A DNA stretch of 64,000 bases from a virus. The stretch covers positions 60,854-124,853 of IMG/VR virus record IMGVR_UViG_3300020437_000004; one strand, written 5' to 3'. The notes under the pieces were generated by a model. The model saw nothing but the letters and a program-made list of their open reading frames with translations. It was not told where the DNA came from and did no database searches. The translations under genes and the position numbers were made by a program. Each line of letters starts with the position of its first letter. The first letter of the stretch is position 1. Below are positions 36,321 to 45,881 of this stretch, piece after piece.

Positions 36321-36752
36321 TTAGCTACTTACAGATTCCACTGGTTGTTTCTTCTTTCCGATATTATATTTACTCTCTAACGTCCACTCTCCCTTGTCCT
36401 TATATGACAGGACTTTGATCTGATTAAGGGGTGCCAACTCATCGTCACCTACTGGTGCTACAACTACGATAAGTCCCCAGTCAGATAGGAGTCTAGCAAT
36501 ACGATTGCGTCTTTGTACATCATTCGTAGTCATGTTTGATGGTTTCCCATCTAGTGCAAACAATTCTTTGAAGTGTACTATGTAATACTTGCCCTTCTTA
36601 TGAAGGATATGGCACGATTGATATAGTTTTTTCTCTTTACGAGAAGCTACACCGATCCTAGTAAGGGTTTCTCTAACTTTTAGGAAGTCATCTGGTTCTT
36701 TTAATGTAACCTCAACCATCATGCTAGGAGACCAAGAGATCTCATCACTCAT
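36321..36752 (-). CDS. regA: Translational repressor RegA
   Basis: DDFLKVRETLTRIG, CHILHKKGKYYIVHFKELF. Confidence 0.97.
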   Translation of the reverse strand: MSDEISWSPSMMVEVTLKEPDDFLKVRETLTRIGVASRKEKKLYQSCHILHKKGKYYIVHFKELFALDGKPSNMTTNDVQRRNRIARLLSDWGLIVVVAPVGDDELAPLNQIKVLSYKDKGEWTLESKYNIGKKKQPVESVSS

Positions 36753-37141
36753 TTCATTCCTCCGCTATTCAATTTAGACCTAATAACTTGGATTTCTTCC
36801 TTGTTTAGCAGTTTCAGTGCTTGCTCTGCCTTCTCTGTAGAATAGTTATAATACTTTTTAACTAGGTCAAGATCTGGATGAGTGGACTTCTTTGCCCAAG
36901 GGGAAAACCTTTTAGATTTCCTAACACTATGTATAAAAAAATTATATTGCATGTCCTTATCAAGCGTGCTACCAAGGCGATTCATCTCGTTGGAATGCAT
37001 GATGGTATCAATAAAATATGACAGTGCCTTGTTGACCATGAATGCAGGATAATGTCTCATATACCCCTCATCTTGGGTATAATCTGCATTCTTTAGGTTG
37101 ATTGAGTTAACGTAGTCAAAGGGATTGTAGTCTGCGGACAT
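36749..37141 (-). CDS. gp62: Clamp loader small subunit gp62
   Basis: NPFDYVNSIN, YPAFMVNKALS, VKKYYNYS.EKA; start MSADY. Confidence 0.9.
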   Translation of the reverse strand: MSADYNPFDYVNSINLKNADYTQDEGYMRHYPAFMVNKALSYFIDTIMHSNEMNRLGSTLDKDMQYNFFIHSVRKSKRFSPWAKKSTHPDLDLVKKYYNYSTEKAEQALKLLNKEEIQVIRSKLNSGGMK

Positions 37142-37823
37142 TTGGTTTATCAAATAAAATTTCATTAATGTAGTTTTCTGCCCATGCCTCATCAAACCAC
37201 TGTGATAAGACCGCTTTCGTCTTCTTATTCTTTCTTTGTGAGAGCACATAGTGACACTGGTCGTCTATCCTATGCATCACAGGCACCCAGTCTCCTAGTT
37301 TACCATTGTCATCATCATACTCTGCATTCTTGATGCAATCAGTCATTACTCTCAGGTATTCACTAGTCACATCCAGATAACTTTGTCTTGACTCAGGATC
37401 TTTTAACCTAGCAAACTTACAGAAGGGAGAAAAGACACCCTCTGTCCATAGTGGTAGCACTCTCCAATCTTTAAAGAAATATCTTGATGAAATTGGTGCT
37501 AATTTATCGCTTAAATCGACCCCAAATACAGGTGATATATCAACGACGGCAGCAGTAACTTGATCAGGTGTTTCAATTATATCACATCCAAAGATAGGGA
37601 TGCGATACTTAGGAATAGGGTAAAAAACACAGTGCACAATCTTTAATTTCTCACCTAGAGATGCTCTTTCGATGTGCAACTTTCTCATGCCCCTACACTT
37701 CCACATCTCATTGCGGATAGTGATATCACCCTTCCGAATTAACTTATGATTCGTCTCTAGGATCTCTATAGCAGGCAGTGAAACCAGACTTTGACGTATG
37801 AGATCGGCTAACTCATCCTGCAT
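37116..37823 (-). CDS. pcyA: Phycocyanobilin:ferredoxin oxidoreductase
   Basis: RKLHIE, IVHCVFYP, PIFGCDI, AAVVDISP, LP.W..VFS.FC; H74, E76, H88 and D105 equivalents are present. Confidence 0.85.
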   Translation of the reverse strand: MQDELADLIRQSLVSLPAIEILETNHKLIRKGDITIRNEMWKCRGMRKLHIERASLGEKLKIVHCVFYPIPKYRIPIFGCDIIETPDQVTAAVVDISPVFGVDLSDKLAPISSRYFFKDWRVLPLWTEGVFSPFCKFARLKDPESRQSYLDVTSEYLRVMTDCIKNAEYDDDNGKLGDWVPVMHRIDDQCHYVLSQRKNKKTKAVLSQWFDEAWAENYINEILFDKPNVRRLQSL

Positions 37824-38664
37824 ACATGACCTCTAGAGGAGATGCAACTTTTGCTTCGTAATTTCTAATCAATAACTCTTGTTGATTACGATTTCTACTT
37901 CCTCTATGCTTCATGCCGTATGTTAACTGAAAATACTCTTGCTTATATCTATCATACCACTCCTCGATCTCCTCATCAATATTATATGTAATCATCCAGT
38001 CATGAGGACACACTTCACAGTTGTCAAAGAAGATTTTATGGTCAAAATCCTTGTGCAATTCAGCGTTTGTGCCATACAAATATGACTTGATTTTGTATGG
38101 AGGATCTAGAAATACAAATACATTACCACGATGATCATGATCGTCATTCATGACCTCTGCATAGTCCTTATTAGTGATATTCCAGTGACCTATGAGTGCA
38201 CCTACTGACTTGAGATTCTCTGCTCCACGGACAGTAAAATTTTGCTTTGATGCAGTCTTAGAAAACGATGAATTCTCCGTCAAACCACTGTAACTACACT
38301 TGTTTAAGATCCAAAAGTAGCATGCTCTATCGAATGATTCAGCATCAGCAATAGACTCCTTGGCAGTGTTAAACAACTCTCTTGCCAAGACCTCATCATT
38401 GTGTGAATTCTTGTATTCAATAAGAGAATCAGACAAATTCTTATAGTCTGTCTGCAATACACTCCAAAAATTATAGAGGTGACCATACAAGTCATTGACC
38501 CACACATCTGCAGTAGGATTATCTTGTGTGAATCGTAGTGCAACGCTACCACCACCTAGAAATGGCTCTCTAAACTCCTTACACTTAGGTGCTAGTTTGA
38601 GTAGTCTTTCTGCTGCTCTAGATTTACCGCCAGGATATCTGAGCGGTGTCTTAATGTATCTCAT
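37813..38664 (-). CDS. dam: DNA adenine methyltransferase, D12/Dam class
   Basis: LRYPGGKS, EPFLGGGS, FLDPPY. Confidence 0.93.
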   Translation of the reverse strand: MRYIKTPLRYPGGKSRAAERLLKLAPKCKEFREPFLGGGSVALRFTQDNPTADVWVNDLYGHLYNFWSVLQTDYKNLSDSLIEYKNSHNDEVLARELFNTAKESIADAESFDRACYFWILNKCSYSGLTENSSFSKTASKQNFTVRGAENLKSVGALIGHWNITNKDYAEVMNDDHDHRGNVFVFLDPPYKIKSYLYGTNAELHKDFDHKIFFDNCEVCPHDWMITYNIDEEIEEWYDRYKQEYFQLTYGMKHRGSRNRNQQELLIRNYEAKVASPLEVMYAG

Positions 38665-39278
38665 AATACTTCAATGTTTGCCATTGGGTAACCAAAAGGA
38701 CCAGGATTTATATTTCCTGCAGGAAAAGCATTAAAACTAATGGTCATCCTGTCATAATCAAAAAAATGGCGATCAGATTCATGGACTAACCATGAAGGAA
38801 ACAGAATAAGTTTACCTTCTTCTGCTGCCAACTTTTCTATAGGACCTCCACGATCTGCAAGGTTGTCAGATATGACCTCCATACAGTCCATAACACGAGG
38901 ATATACAGGATCATGAAAAACTGTCGCTACACCTTGTGTAAGATAGAAAACTCCTGACACAAGTGACATATTATGTCTGTGTCGTGGGTGTCCTACCCCT
39001 GATCCTGCAGGTGCAACGTTGCCCCACATGAGAGAGATGTCTAGTCTATCACATTGCAGGGCATTTGCTACTTTATATTCTTCAAGGCACTCTTCAAACC
39101 ACTCTACGAGCGTATAGAATCTCTCATTTTTGTGAAGGTTTCCACACGTCGTTTCAACTCCCTCTGGAAAATTAAACTGTTCTCGTTTTTCGGATCTAAG
39201 AGCGTCCTTAATTTCTTGAAGATCTCCTTCATAAGAAAATTCGGGGACAATAATAGGAAACAGTTGATTTATTTTCAT
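38661..39278 (-). CDS. Putative 2OG-Fe(II) oxygenase (TIGR02466-like)
   Basis: HPRHRH..VSGVFY..EGKLILFPSWLVH..RMTISFN. Confidence 0.85.
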   Translation of the reverse strand: MKINQLFPIIVPEFSYEGDLQEIKDALRSEKREQFNFPEGVETTCGNLHKNERFYTLVEWFEECLEEYKVANALQCDRLDISLMWGNVAPAGSGVGHPRHRHNMSLVSGVFYLTQGVATVFHDPVYPRVMDCMEVISDNLADRGGPIEKLAAEEGKLILFPSWLVHESDRHFFDYDRMTISFNAFPAGNINPGPFGYPMANIEVL

Positions 39279-39910
39279 CTTACAATCTTTCTTTCAAGAT
39301 TCATCATAGGGACATCCCATGCACCTAAGTTTTGATTACCAAATGGAAAGAGATTTGCTGAAACAGTAAACCTATCCTCTGATCTATCATTAGGTTGTGA
39401 CCCATGCATCAAATAACTGGGGAAAATCAACAAAGTACCAGGAAATGGACGGTAATTATATCTTGTCTCCGAGTAAGGACCTCCATCTAAGTGTAATTGT
39501 GCCCACTCTCGCTGTGCTAGAGGGTCAATAAACGTGGTGGGACTACCACCAGTCAGATAATATACACAACTCCAATAGGACATGGGATGCCTGTGTGGAG
39601 TATGATGGTGACCTGTATTTGCATTCGCTCTGTTACACCACATAGAGGTGATTTCCATCCTTTCAGCAAGGAATTTGTTATCCTTTAGGACATCATTAGC
39701 ACATTGCTCGATCCACATCTTCAACTCAGTCCACTCGGGACGTTGCTCAAGGTGTGGGTAAGATGTGCCAACACCACCATCTAGATTATACGCTCTATAT
39801 TCCTCTTTTTCTGCAGAAAAAAGGGCATTACTGAGTAGATGTTGACTACTTTTAAACTCCCATACCCTTACAGGAAACCAGAGTTTTTCTTTGTAAGTCT
39901 TCTCATTCAT
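39275..39910 (-). CDS. Putative 2OG-Fe(II) oxygenase (TIGR02466-like)
   Basis: HTPHRH..WSCVYY..PGTLLIFPSYLMHG..RFTVSAN. Confidence 0.85.
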   Translation of the reverse strand: MNEKTYKEKLWFPVRVWEFKSSQHLLSNALFSAEKEEYRAYNLDGGVGTSYPHLEQRPEWTELKMWIEQCANDVLKDNKFLAERMEITSMWCNRANANTGHHHTPHRHPMSYWSCVYYLTGGSPTTFIDPLAQREWAQLHLDGGPYSETRYNYRPFPGTLLIFPSYLMHGSQPNDRSEDRFTVSANLFPFGNQNLGAWDVPMMNLERKIVR

Positions 39911-40043
39911 TACGCACCTCTTCTGTTTGAGTTACACCTAACCATACACCGATTACTGGGACTGCGAAGATAAGCACCCTTGCAAGACCAGTAACTGCTA
40001 AAAAGATTAGCACTCTTTTAGAGGATTTCCATCGTCTATTCAT
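39903..40043 (-). CDS. 46-aa membrane peptide
   Basis: Hand-translated MNRRWKSSKRVLIFLAVTGLARVLIFAVPVIGVWLGVTQTEEVRNE. Confidence 0.55.
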   Translation of the reverse strand: MNRRWKSSKRVLIFLAVTGLARVLIFAVPVIGVWLGVTQTEEVRNE

Positions 40044-40984
40044 TTGAATTCACAACGCATCATGATTTCAGTCAAGAAAGCAACAGAATTGATCTCCAAG
40101 TCAGCAACAAACGCTGCCTTATACTGATACTCACCAATGATGAGCACCGCCTCAGGGATTGATTGAGGCTGAAGATATTCATATAGCTTATCATATATAG
40201 CACGAAATAGTAACTTGTAATCGTTATCCATATTCGTGACAATCCACTTACGCATGTTGGTAAACTCTTTGTTTTTAAGGTAACCAACAAGTTTGTCGAT
40301 GTTTGTGTTGCCAGATCTACCTAGAATACCAACATCGATCTTTCCTGTAGCAGAGTATGCTTGCAACTCATTAAGAGTGCGACGGAAGTCAGGGAAATAC
40401 TTACCAACAACCTCTGCTGCAACTTTTGCATCGTAGTCAATACCTTCTTTAGTAAGGATATCCATAACTCTTTTATGGAAACTTGCTGCAAGCACAGCAC
40501 GATCCTTACCTTTTGTAGACATATCAACAACAGAGCATCGAGACTTGATAGGATCGATGATTTTGTTGATGTAGTTACAAGTGAAGATAAACCGACAGTT
40601 ATTCTGAAATTCCTCGATGACAGCACGCAATAGCAACTGCACATCGGGTGTAGAATTGTCTGCCTCATCAATAATTACAACCTTATGCTTGCCACCGACA
40701 AGCGAGGAAGAAGATGCAAAGGACTTACATTTTGTGCGGACAGTATCCAAGTAACGTCCTTCATCAGATCCGTTGATTAGATAGTAGTCAGCACCAATTT
40801 CTTCACACAGTGCCTTGGCAAGAGTAGTCTTACCAATACCTGCGGTGCCAGGCAACAGAAGATTAGGGATCTCTCCCTTATCAACGTAACCTTGGAAGAC
40901 CGCACGATTGACATCTGTTAGGATACAATCAGAAACTGTCCTCGGACGATACTTTTCAACCCAGAGAAACAGTTTATTTGTCAT
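40040..40984 (-). CDS. gp44: Clamp loader ATPase gp44
   Basis: WVEKYRP, GTAGIGKT, IIDEAD, SRC, DFRRTLN. Confidence 0.97.
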   Translation of the reverse strand: MTNKLFLWVEKYRPRTVSDCILTDVNRAVFQGYVDKGEIPNLLLPGTAGIGKTTLAKALCEEIGADYYLINGSDEGRYLDTVRTKCKSFASSSSLVGGKHKVVIIDEADNSTPDVQLLLRAVIEEFQNNCRFIFTCNYINKIIDPIKSRCSVVDMSTKGKDRAVLAASFHKRVMDILTKEGIDYDAKVAAEVVGKYFPDFRRTLNELQAYSATGKIDVGILGRSGNTNIDKLVGYLKNKEFTNMRKWIVTNMDNDYKLLFRAIYDKLYEYLQPQSIPEAVLIIGEYQYKAAFVADLEINSVAFLTEIMMRCEFK

Positions 40985-41715
40985 TAGTCAGCGTCAGGCT
41001 CGAGTGCGATGAAATAGTTGAGAGATGATTCAGAAAGAGAGTTGAAGTTAATCACATTCTTGTCTGAGATGCACACATGATATGTGCCGTCGAGGATCTT
41101 AAGATTCTCAATCTTCAAGCAGTAACAGAAGTTACGCTCATGAGTAGGAGTCGTGCCCCAATAGTCTGCTTCCCATACAACCTTTTCAACTGGGACAGAG
41201 AATACATGACTGTTGTCAGTCTTCTTATCTCTAACAGAAATAGACAACTCACCTTGGAAAGAATTGACACAGAAGTCAGTCACACCAAAATTGTATGCTG
41301 CTTCCTTAAGGAGTTTAAGATTCCTCATGGTCAACTCAAAGTTTACGACCTTCTCAGGAAGATTAGGATCGTAAGTCTTAGGAGGTTGGACAATAATATC
41401 AGGGTCAGACTTGACATAAGTTGCCTTACCCTTGGTTGCTTTATCTACGATATAAACTTTATTCTTGCCAAGAAAAACTAGGTGTGGTTGCTCAAACATA
41501 GAGCAAGTTTTCACAAACAAAGGCAGGTCATAGATAGGAAGATCCTCTGGAATGTCTTCTGCACAGGATGAGAAGGCAAGGATATTCTTATTGACTGCCA
41601 TTGTTGCTAGTGTTTTTTGAGAAGCTTTAATAACAATAGATTTATTAATCTCACTAAAGTTTTTCAGAAAACTGAGGGTCTTTTTAGAGAGACGAATTTC
41701 AAGTGCTTCATTCAT
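40984..41715 (-). CDS. gp45: Sliding clamp gp45
   Basis: LSKKTLSFLKNFSEIN, IYDLPLF, NYFIALEPD; position before g44. Confidence 0.9.
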   Translation of the reverse strand: MNEALEIRLSKKTLSFLKNFSEINKSIVIKASQKTLATMAVNKNILAFSSCAEDIPEDLPIYDLPLFVKTCSMFEQPHLVFLGKNKVYIVDKATKGKATYVKSDPDIIVQPPKTYDPNLPEKVVNFELTMRNLKLLKEAAYNFGVTDFCVNSFQGELSISVRDKKTDNSHVFSVPVEKVVWEADYWGTTPTHERNFCYCLKIENLKILDGTYHVCISDKNVINFNSLSESSLNYFIALEPDAD

Positions 41716-42013
41716 GGAGTGTTGATTCAATAAGGTTTTCTTGTCGGACGCGATTGCGGTCGTTAAAACACATTAGAAGTATACAATAATGCATTGCCTT
41801 CATAATGTCAACCCTTGCGGTGCCTTTCTTGTCATAACGAGACAAGTATTTGATTGCGTTGGATCGGCAAAATGCTTCAGCATCACCGACTGCTTCAATG
41901 AGATCCAGTGTTTGCACACCGTCGCTACCAGAAGAGTAGTGTTGCTGATATGTGCCACTAATATAGGATGAGACCTCCTTCAAGATCCCATCCTCATTGT
42001 ATTTGTATGCCAT
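41708..42013 (-). CDS. DUF3310-like protein
   Basis: HYS...FCRSNAIKYLSRYDKKG...KAMHY. Confidence 0.75.
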   Translation of the reverse strand: MAYKYNEDGILKEVSSYISGTYQQHYSSGSDGVQTLDLIEAVGDAEAFCRSNAIKYLSRYDKKGTARVDIMKAMHYCILLMCFNDRNRVRQENLIESTLHE

Positions 42014-43107
42014 TACGAATTAAACAGATTTTCTACTTGAGACATGTCTACCTCACCATCAATCTTATCATAAAGATCGAGGAATGACTGCTTTGTTTCA
42101 TCGTCGAAACGGTTAAGGCAGACCTTGATTGCTTTTGCACGGTCACTGAAGATAGCATATGCACGGATGATGTGCACAAGACGACGTGTAGAGATCACTT
42201 CGTCAACACCACCTTCCTTAAATGTCCTACGGATCATGTCTGCCCATGTGACAAGGTTAGCGATATACTTATCGTCGCATGCATCCAACTCTTTGCAGTA
42301 GTTGTTAAGCATCTTTGTCTCGATAGCAGGAGTAGGATACTCTTGCTCAAATGTGAGGGGGAATCTCTCAAGGAATGCTTCGTTGAGCACGTTAGTGCCG
42401 ATAAAACGACCATCGTCGCTACCTTTACCCTTCGTGTTTGCAGTAGCAATCACTGTGAAACCTTTTGCAGGTTGCACATACCTACCGATCTTCTTGAGGA
42501 AGACTCCTTTACCTTCAAGGATAGACTGAAGACAAAGGATTTTGTTAGACGCAAGGTCAATCTCGTCTAGAAGGAGGACAGCTCCCCTCTCCAAAGCTTC
42601 GATGACAGGACCGTTGTGCCAAACTGTATTGCCATCCACAAGACGAAACCCACCAATAAGATCATCTTCGTCTGTTTCAATGGTAATGTTTACACGAATC
42701 AACTCTCTATTTAGAGCAGCACATGCTTGCTCTACACCAAGAGTCTTACCATTTCCTGACAGACCTGTGATGAATGCAGGGTAGAATACCTTGGACTTGA
42801 TGATCTTTTTGATATCAGTGAAGTTACCAAAAGGAACGAAATTGCTATCTTTAGTTGGAATCAACCTCTCTTGGACGGTGGGTGCTTGGAATGCCTTCTC
42901 AAGATTCTCTTTCTTCTCTGTCAAAGTAAGATCCCACTTGCCAATACCTTTCTTGTATTGCTTCAAGCGTTTCTTGACAGTAGCAACTGAGCAGTTAAAA
43001 TGATCTGCTGCTTCAACAAGGTTTTGGAAGGTAACATCGTTACCATGCTTTGCATGGAGGAATGTCTTTAGGTCGTCGGTGGTCACAGGGACAGGAGCGA
43101 ATGGCAT
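42013..43107 (-). CDS. MoxR/CobS-like AAA+ ATPase
   Basis: GLSGNGKT, LLLDEID, ATAN, AFLERF, ISTR. Confidence 0.93.
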   Translation of the reverse strand: MPFAPVPVTTDDLKTFLHAKHGNDVTFQNLVEAADHFNCSVATVKKRLKQYKKGIGKWDLTLTEKKENLEKAFQAPTVQERLIPTKDSNFVPFGNFTDIKKIIKSKVFYPAFITGLSGNGKTLGVEQACAALNRELIRVNITIETDEDDLIGGFRLVDGNTVWHNGPVIEALERGAVLLLDEIDLASNKILCLQSILEGKGVFLKKIGRYVQPAKGFTVIATANTKGKGSDDGRFIGTNVLNEAFLERFPLTFEQEYPTPAIETKMLNNYCKELDACDDKYIANLVTWADMIRRTFKEGGVDEVISTRRLVHIIRAYAIFSDRAKAIKVCLNRFDDETKQSFLDLYDKIDGEVDMSQVENLFNS

Positions 43108-43132
43108 GTTTTGTATTTGTGTCTATACAGAT

Positions 43133-43188
43133 ATTATACAAGTAAAAAGTCTGCAATGCCACTACTAGTGGACACTATCCAATCTGGT
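43133..43188 (-). promoter_or_regulatory. -10 box (TATAAT) with upstream 7-4-7 palindrome
   Basis: GACACTA-TCCA-ATCTGGT at 43171-43188, 32 nt from the -10 box. Confidence 0.55.
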
Positions 43189-43682
43189 CTACGCTCTGGT
43201 TTACGAAGGTAATTATCAGGTGCCCATGGTTTACTGGCAACATAGCGTTTGTATGCAGTCACTGTGGATATAGACATGTCATATTTGAAGTGGTCTGGCA
43301 TGGCACGAGCGAATGGTGTGTGTCTAGCACTACAACCATTAGGTGCAATCATCATAGCGAGTCTTATGCTATCTTCACAACCGTGCTTCTTATCATATCT
43401 ATAAGTGTATTCCTCACAAAGTGCAATGCCATGCTCTAACAACCACGCAACATTGTCGAATGACTCCGCTACCCACTTAGTGCAGGGGTGATTACGGAAG
43501 GCACCCTTCTCTGTTTTGTATGGTGTGCCATCAGACTTGAAAACCTGACCGATATTGTGATACCAGTCAGAGTAAACAATGGATAGCATTTGGCAGGTTT
43601 CTAGTGGCATCTTTACAACGTGCTTATCTGGCAACTGATACGCTGACAGATAAGGATCGTTGTTGACGCAGAATATATTCAT
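43134..43682 (-). CDS. denV: Pyrimidine-dimer glycosylase/DenV-family protein
   Basis: MNIF..DKHVVKM.LETCQML, HPCTKW, PFARAMPD. Confidence 0.75.
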   Translation of the reverse strand: MNIFCVNNDPYLSAYQLPDKHVVKMPLETCQMLSIVYSDWYHNIGQVFKSDGTPYKTEKGAFRNHPCTKWVAESFDNVAWLLEHGIALCEEYTYRYDKKHGCEDSIRLAMMIAPNGCSARHTPFARAMPDHFKYDMSISTVTAYKRYVASKPWAPDNYLRKPERRPDWIVSTSSGIADFLLV

Positions 43683-45877
43683 GCAATTTGAGCGATAAAG
43701 GAAGAGAGAATCTTCTTGTTGTTTGACTTGGCACCTAGAGACTTCTTGAATGCAGTCCTGATCTGAGCATTAGTAGCATCTTGCTTGACCTCAAACTCTG
43801 AATCCTGATTAAGGTTAGTCTTGTTGATTAGATACAACTCTTGGTAACCATTTGTGTTAGGTAGGCAGATAGACTTCTGCTTTTTCCATGTCTTGAGGAT
43901 AGGATCTTCTTGCTGATACTCACGACCACAACCCCATCTTAGAAAATGACCTGCATCCTGACCACTGATGATGCGGAAACCAACAAAATTAGTGGTAGGG
44001 AATGCATACTTGAGATACTCAAGGATACCTTTAGTCAATGCACCGTGGCAGTTGTCAGTCATCTTTCCATGGTAACCTATCTTTTTGTCTCTGACAACAC
44101 AGCGACCACGAAGTCCACCACGAAACAACTCTGCCTGCTGTCCTTCAAAGCGTGGACGTTGTAGGACACCGATGCTGTTAGACTCACCGTCAGTCAAAGT
44201 AACAACGTGTAGTTTCTCAACGTTATACTTCTTCTTGAAGTCAGGAATCATAGTCCTTACTGCAACCAGTGTGTCATTCAGAGGTGTGCCACCAAGACCT
44301 AGACATGGAGCAATAGGGAAGTTGTAACCCCAGTAGTTATAACGATTCTGGAAGTGAGCACCGAGACGATATAGGTAGTGCATGCACTTGTCAAACTCTT
44401 GATTGTTAGAATCGCTTGTCAAGAATTGAATGAGACGTAGGTGTGGGTAGATAGCAAACTCACCTTCATTTCCTTTGCCATTTTTGTATGCACTGAAGTC
44501 TTGCTCTGAAGATTTGAATTCATAGTCTCCATGATAAGACCAGTATTGATCGCTGAATGCATGTGCTACGAATGGAATCTTTGCTTTACGGCAGAAGAGT
44601 GCAAGAGAAAGAAGTTGCTTTACAGTCTGGTGCATTTCACCACTCATAGATCCTGACCAGTCAAGGAGAAAGATCAGACCGTGATTCTTACCATCAGGTG
44701 TGATTGTGATCTTCTTGAAGATATCGTCGTTGTATTTGTATGTGAATAGTTTTGTAGTATCAAGGACACCAGTTTTAGAAACAGATGCACGAGCGTATGC
44801 TGCAGCAGACTTCTTACACTCAAACTCTTTCACCATGTAGTTGACTTCTTGATTGACTTGCTTACGAAACTTAGCGTAGTCTTTATCAACTTCACTGAAA
44901 TCAATACCAACATAGTGCTCAACATTAGGATCTGTGTAGCATGGACTATTCCAGAAGTCCTCAAGATCTTTGATCCAAACGTCATGATGGATAGTGATAT
45001 TCTTGAGATTCAACTCAGGCACATCAGCGTATGATGGATGGTGATACTCAGGCATATCCTCTGCCAATTCTTGTAGATTCTCAGCGAAGTTTTTGTCAGT
45101 TACACCTTCGTTGTAGTCGAAACCACCTTGGCGATCAAAGTTACCTTCGTCAAGATCTTCCAATTCTTCATCTGCATCACCCTTCTCTTGTGAATTCTGA
45201 GGTTGTGGCATGTTGCCATCCTGCTTGTCATCAGGTTTAGCATCAGATTCAGTTTGGATAGTATCGAAAGACTCAGAGTCATTACCTTCTGCCTCAGACT
45301 TAGCAGGCATATCTTCCATCTCTTCTTGCATATCCTTCTCACCTTGCCACTCATAGATTCTTTGAGCAAGTGCAATTACATCTTCAAAAGAATTACATGT
45401 GTCTGCCTCAGCAACCCAGTCTTGCTCATCCTCAGAGAAAGGAATAGGTTTAGTATGATCAACAACACCTACCTTGTAATGTAGATTGATACGGTCGATT
45501 AGTTTTAGTCTAGGTAGATCTAGAGACTCAACACCGAAGAAGTCCTTATCATTCAACTCACGGTATCCTGCAAAGAAGTCTTTACGAAGACCTGGAAACT
45601 TCTCTTTCATTGCTTTCTCGATACGCACATCCTCAAGAATATTGACGTAAGACTTAGGCACATCAGTCATGCCTTCCCAACCTTCTGCAGGTGTATATAG
45701 AGCATGACCTACTTCATGACCCACTAGCATGTCGTAAACGCTCTCAGAAGCGATCCAGAGGGGCAGAGAGAGGACACGATTTTTCACATCAAAGGATGCG
45801 GTCTCGCACTTGATGTGCTCAACAGTCAGATTCTCTGTAGCGAGGAGTTTTGCAAGGGTGCCTTTGATGTCGTGCAT
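43679..45877 (-). CDS. HEXXH peptidase-like plus VWA domain protein (CobT-like AAA partner)
   Basis: GHEVGHALYT, NILEDVRIE, acidic linker, LDWSGSM MIDAS, GGTP, LTDGE. Confidence 0.88.
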   Translation of the reverse strand: MHDIKGTLAKLLATENLTVEHIKCETASFDVKNRVLSLPLWIASESVYDMLVGHEVGHALYTPAEGWEGMTDVPKSYVNILEDVRIEKAMKEKFPGLRKDFFAGYRELNDKDFFGVESLDLPRLKLIDRINLHYKVGVVDHTKPIPFSEDEQDWVAEADTCNSFEDVIALAQRIYEWQGEKDMQEEMEDMPAKSEAEGNDSESFDTIQTESDAKPDDKQDGNMPQPQNSQEKGDADEELEDLDEGNFDRQGGFDYNEGVTDKNFAENLQELAEDMPEYHHPSYADVPELNLKNITIHHDVWIKDLEDFWNSPCYTDPNVEHYVGIDFSEVDKDYAKFRKQVNQEVNYMVKEFECKKSAAAYARASVSKTGVLDTTKLFTYKYNDDIFKKITITPDGKNHGLIFLLDWSGSMSGEMHQTVKQLLSLALFCRKAKIPFVAHAFSDQYWSYHGDYEFKSSEQDFSAYKNGKGNEGEFAIYPHLRLIQFLTSDSNNQEFDKCMHYLYRLGAHFQNRYNYWGYNFPIAPCLGLGGTPLNDTLVAVRTMIPDFKKKYNVEKLHVVTLTDGESNSIGVLQRPRFEGQQAELFRGGLRGRCVVRDKKIGYHGKMTDNCHGALTKGILEYLKYAFPTTNFVGFRIISGQDAGHFLRWGCGREYQQEDPILKTWKKQKSICLPNTNGYQELYLINKTNLNQDSEFEVKQDATNAQIRTAFKKSLGAKSNNKKILSSFIAQIA

Positions 45878-45881
45878 GTGA

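Noticed and set aside
42013-43107. Cobalamin biosynthesis role for the CobS-like ATPase
   Set aside because: No other cob genes are present; the MoxR/VWA chaperone interpretation fits better.
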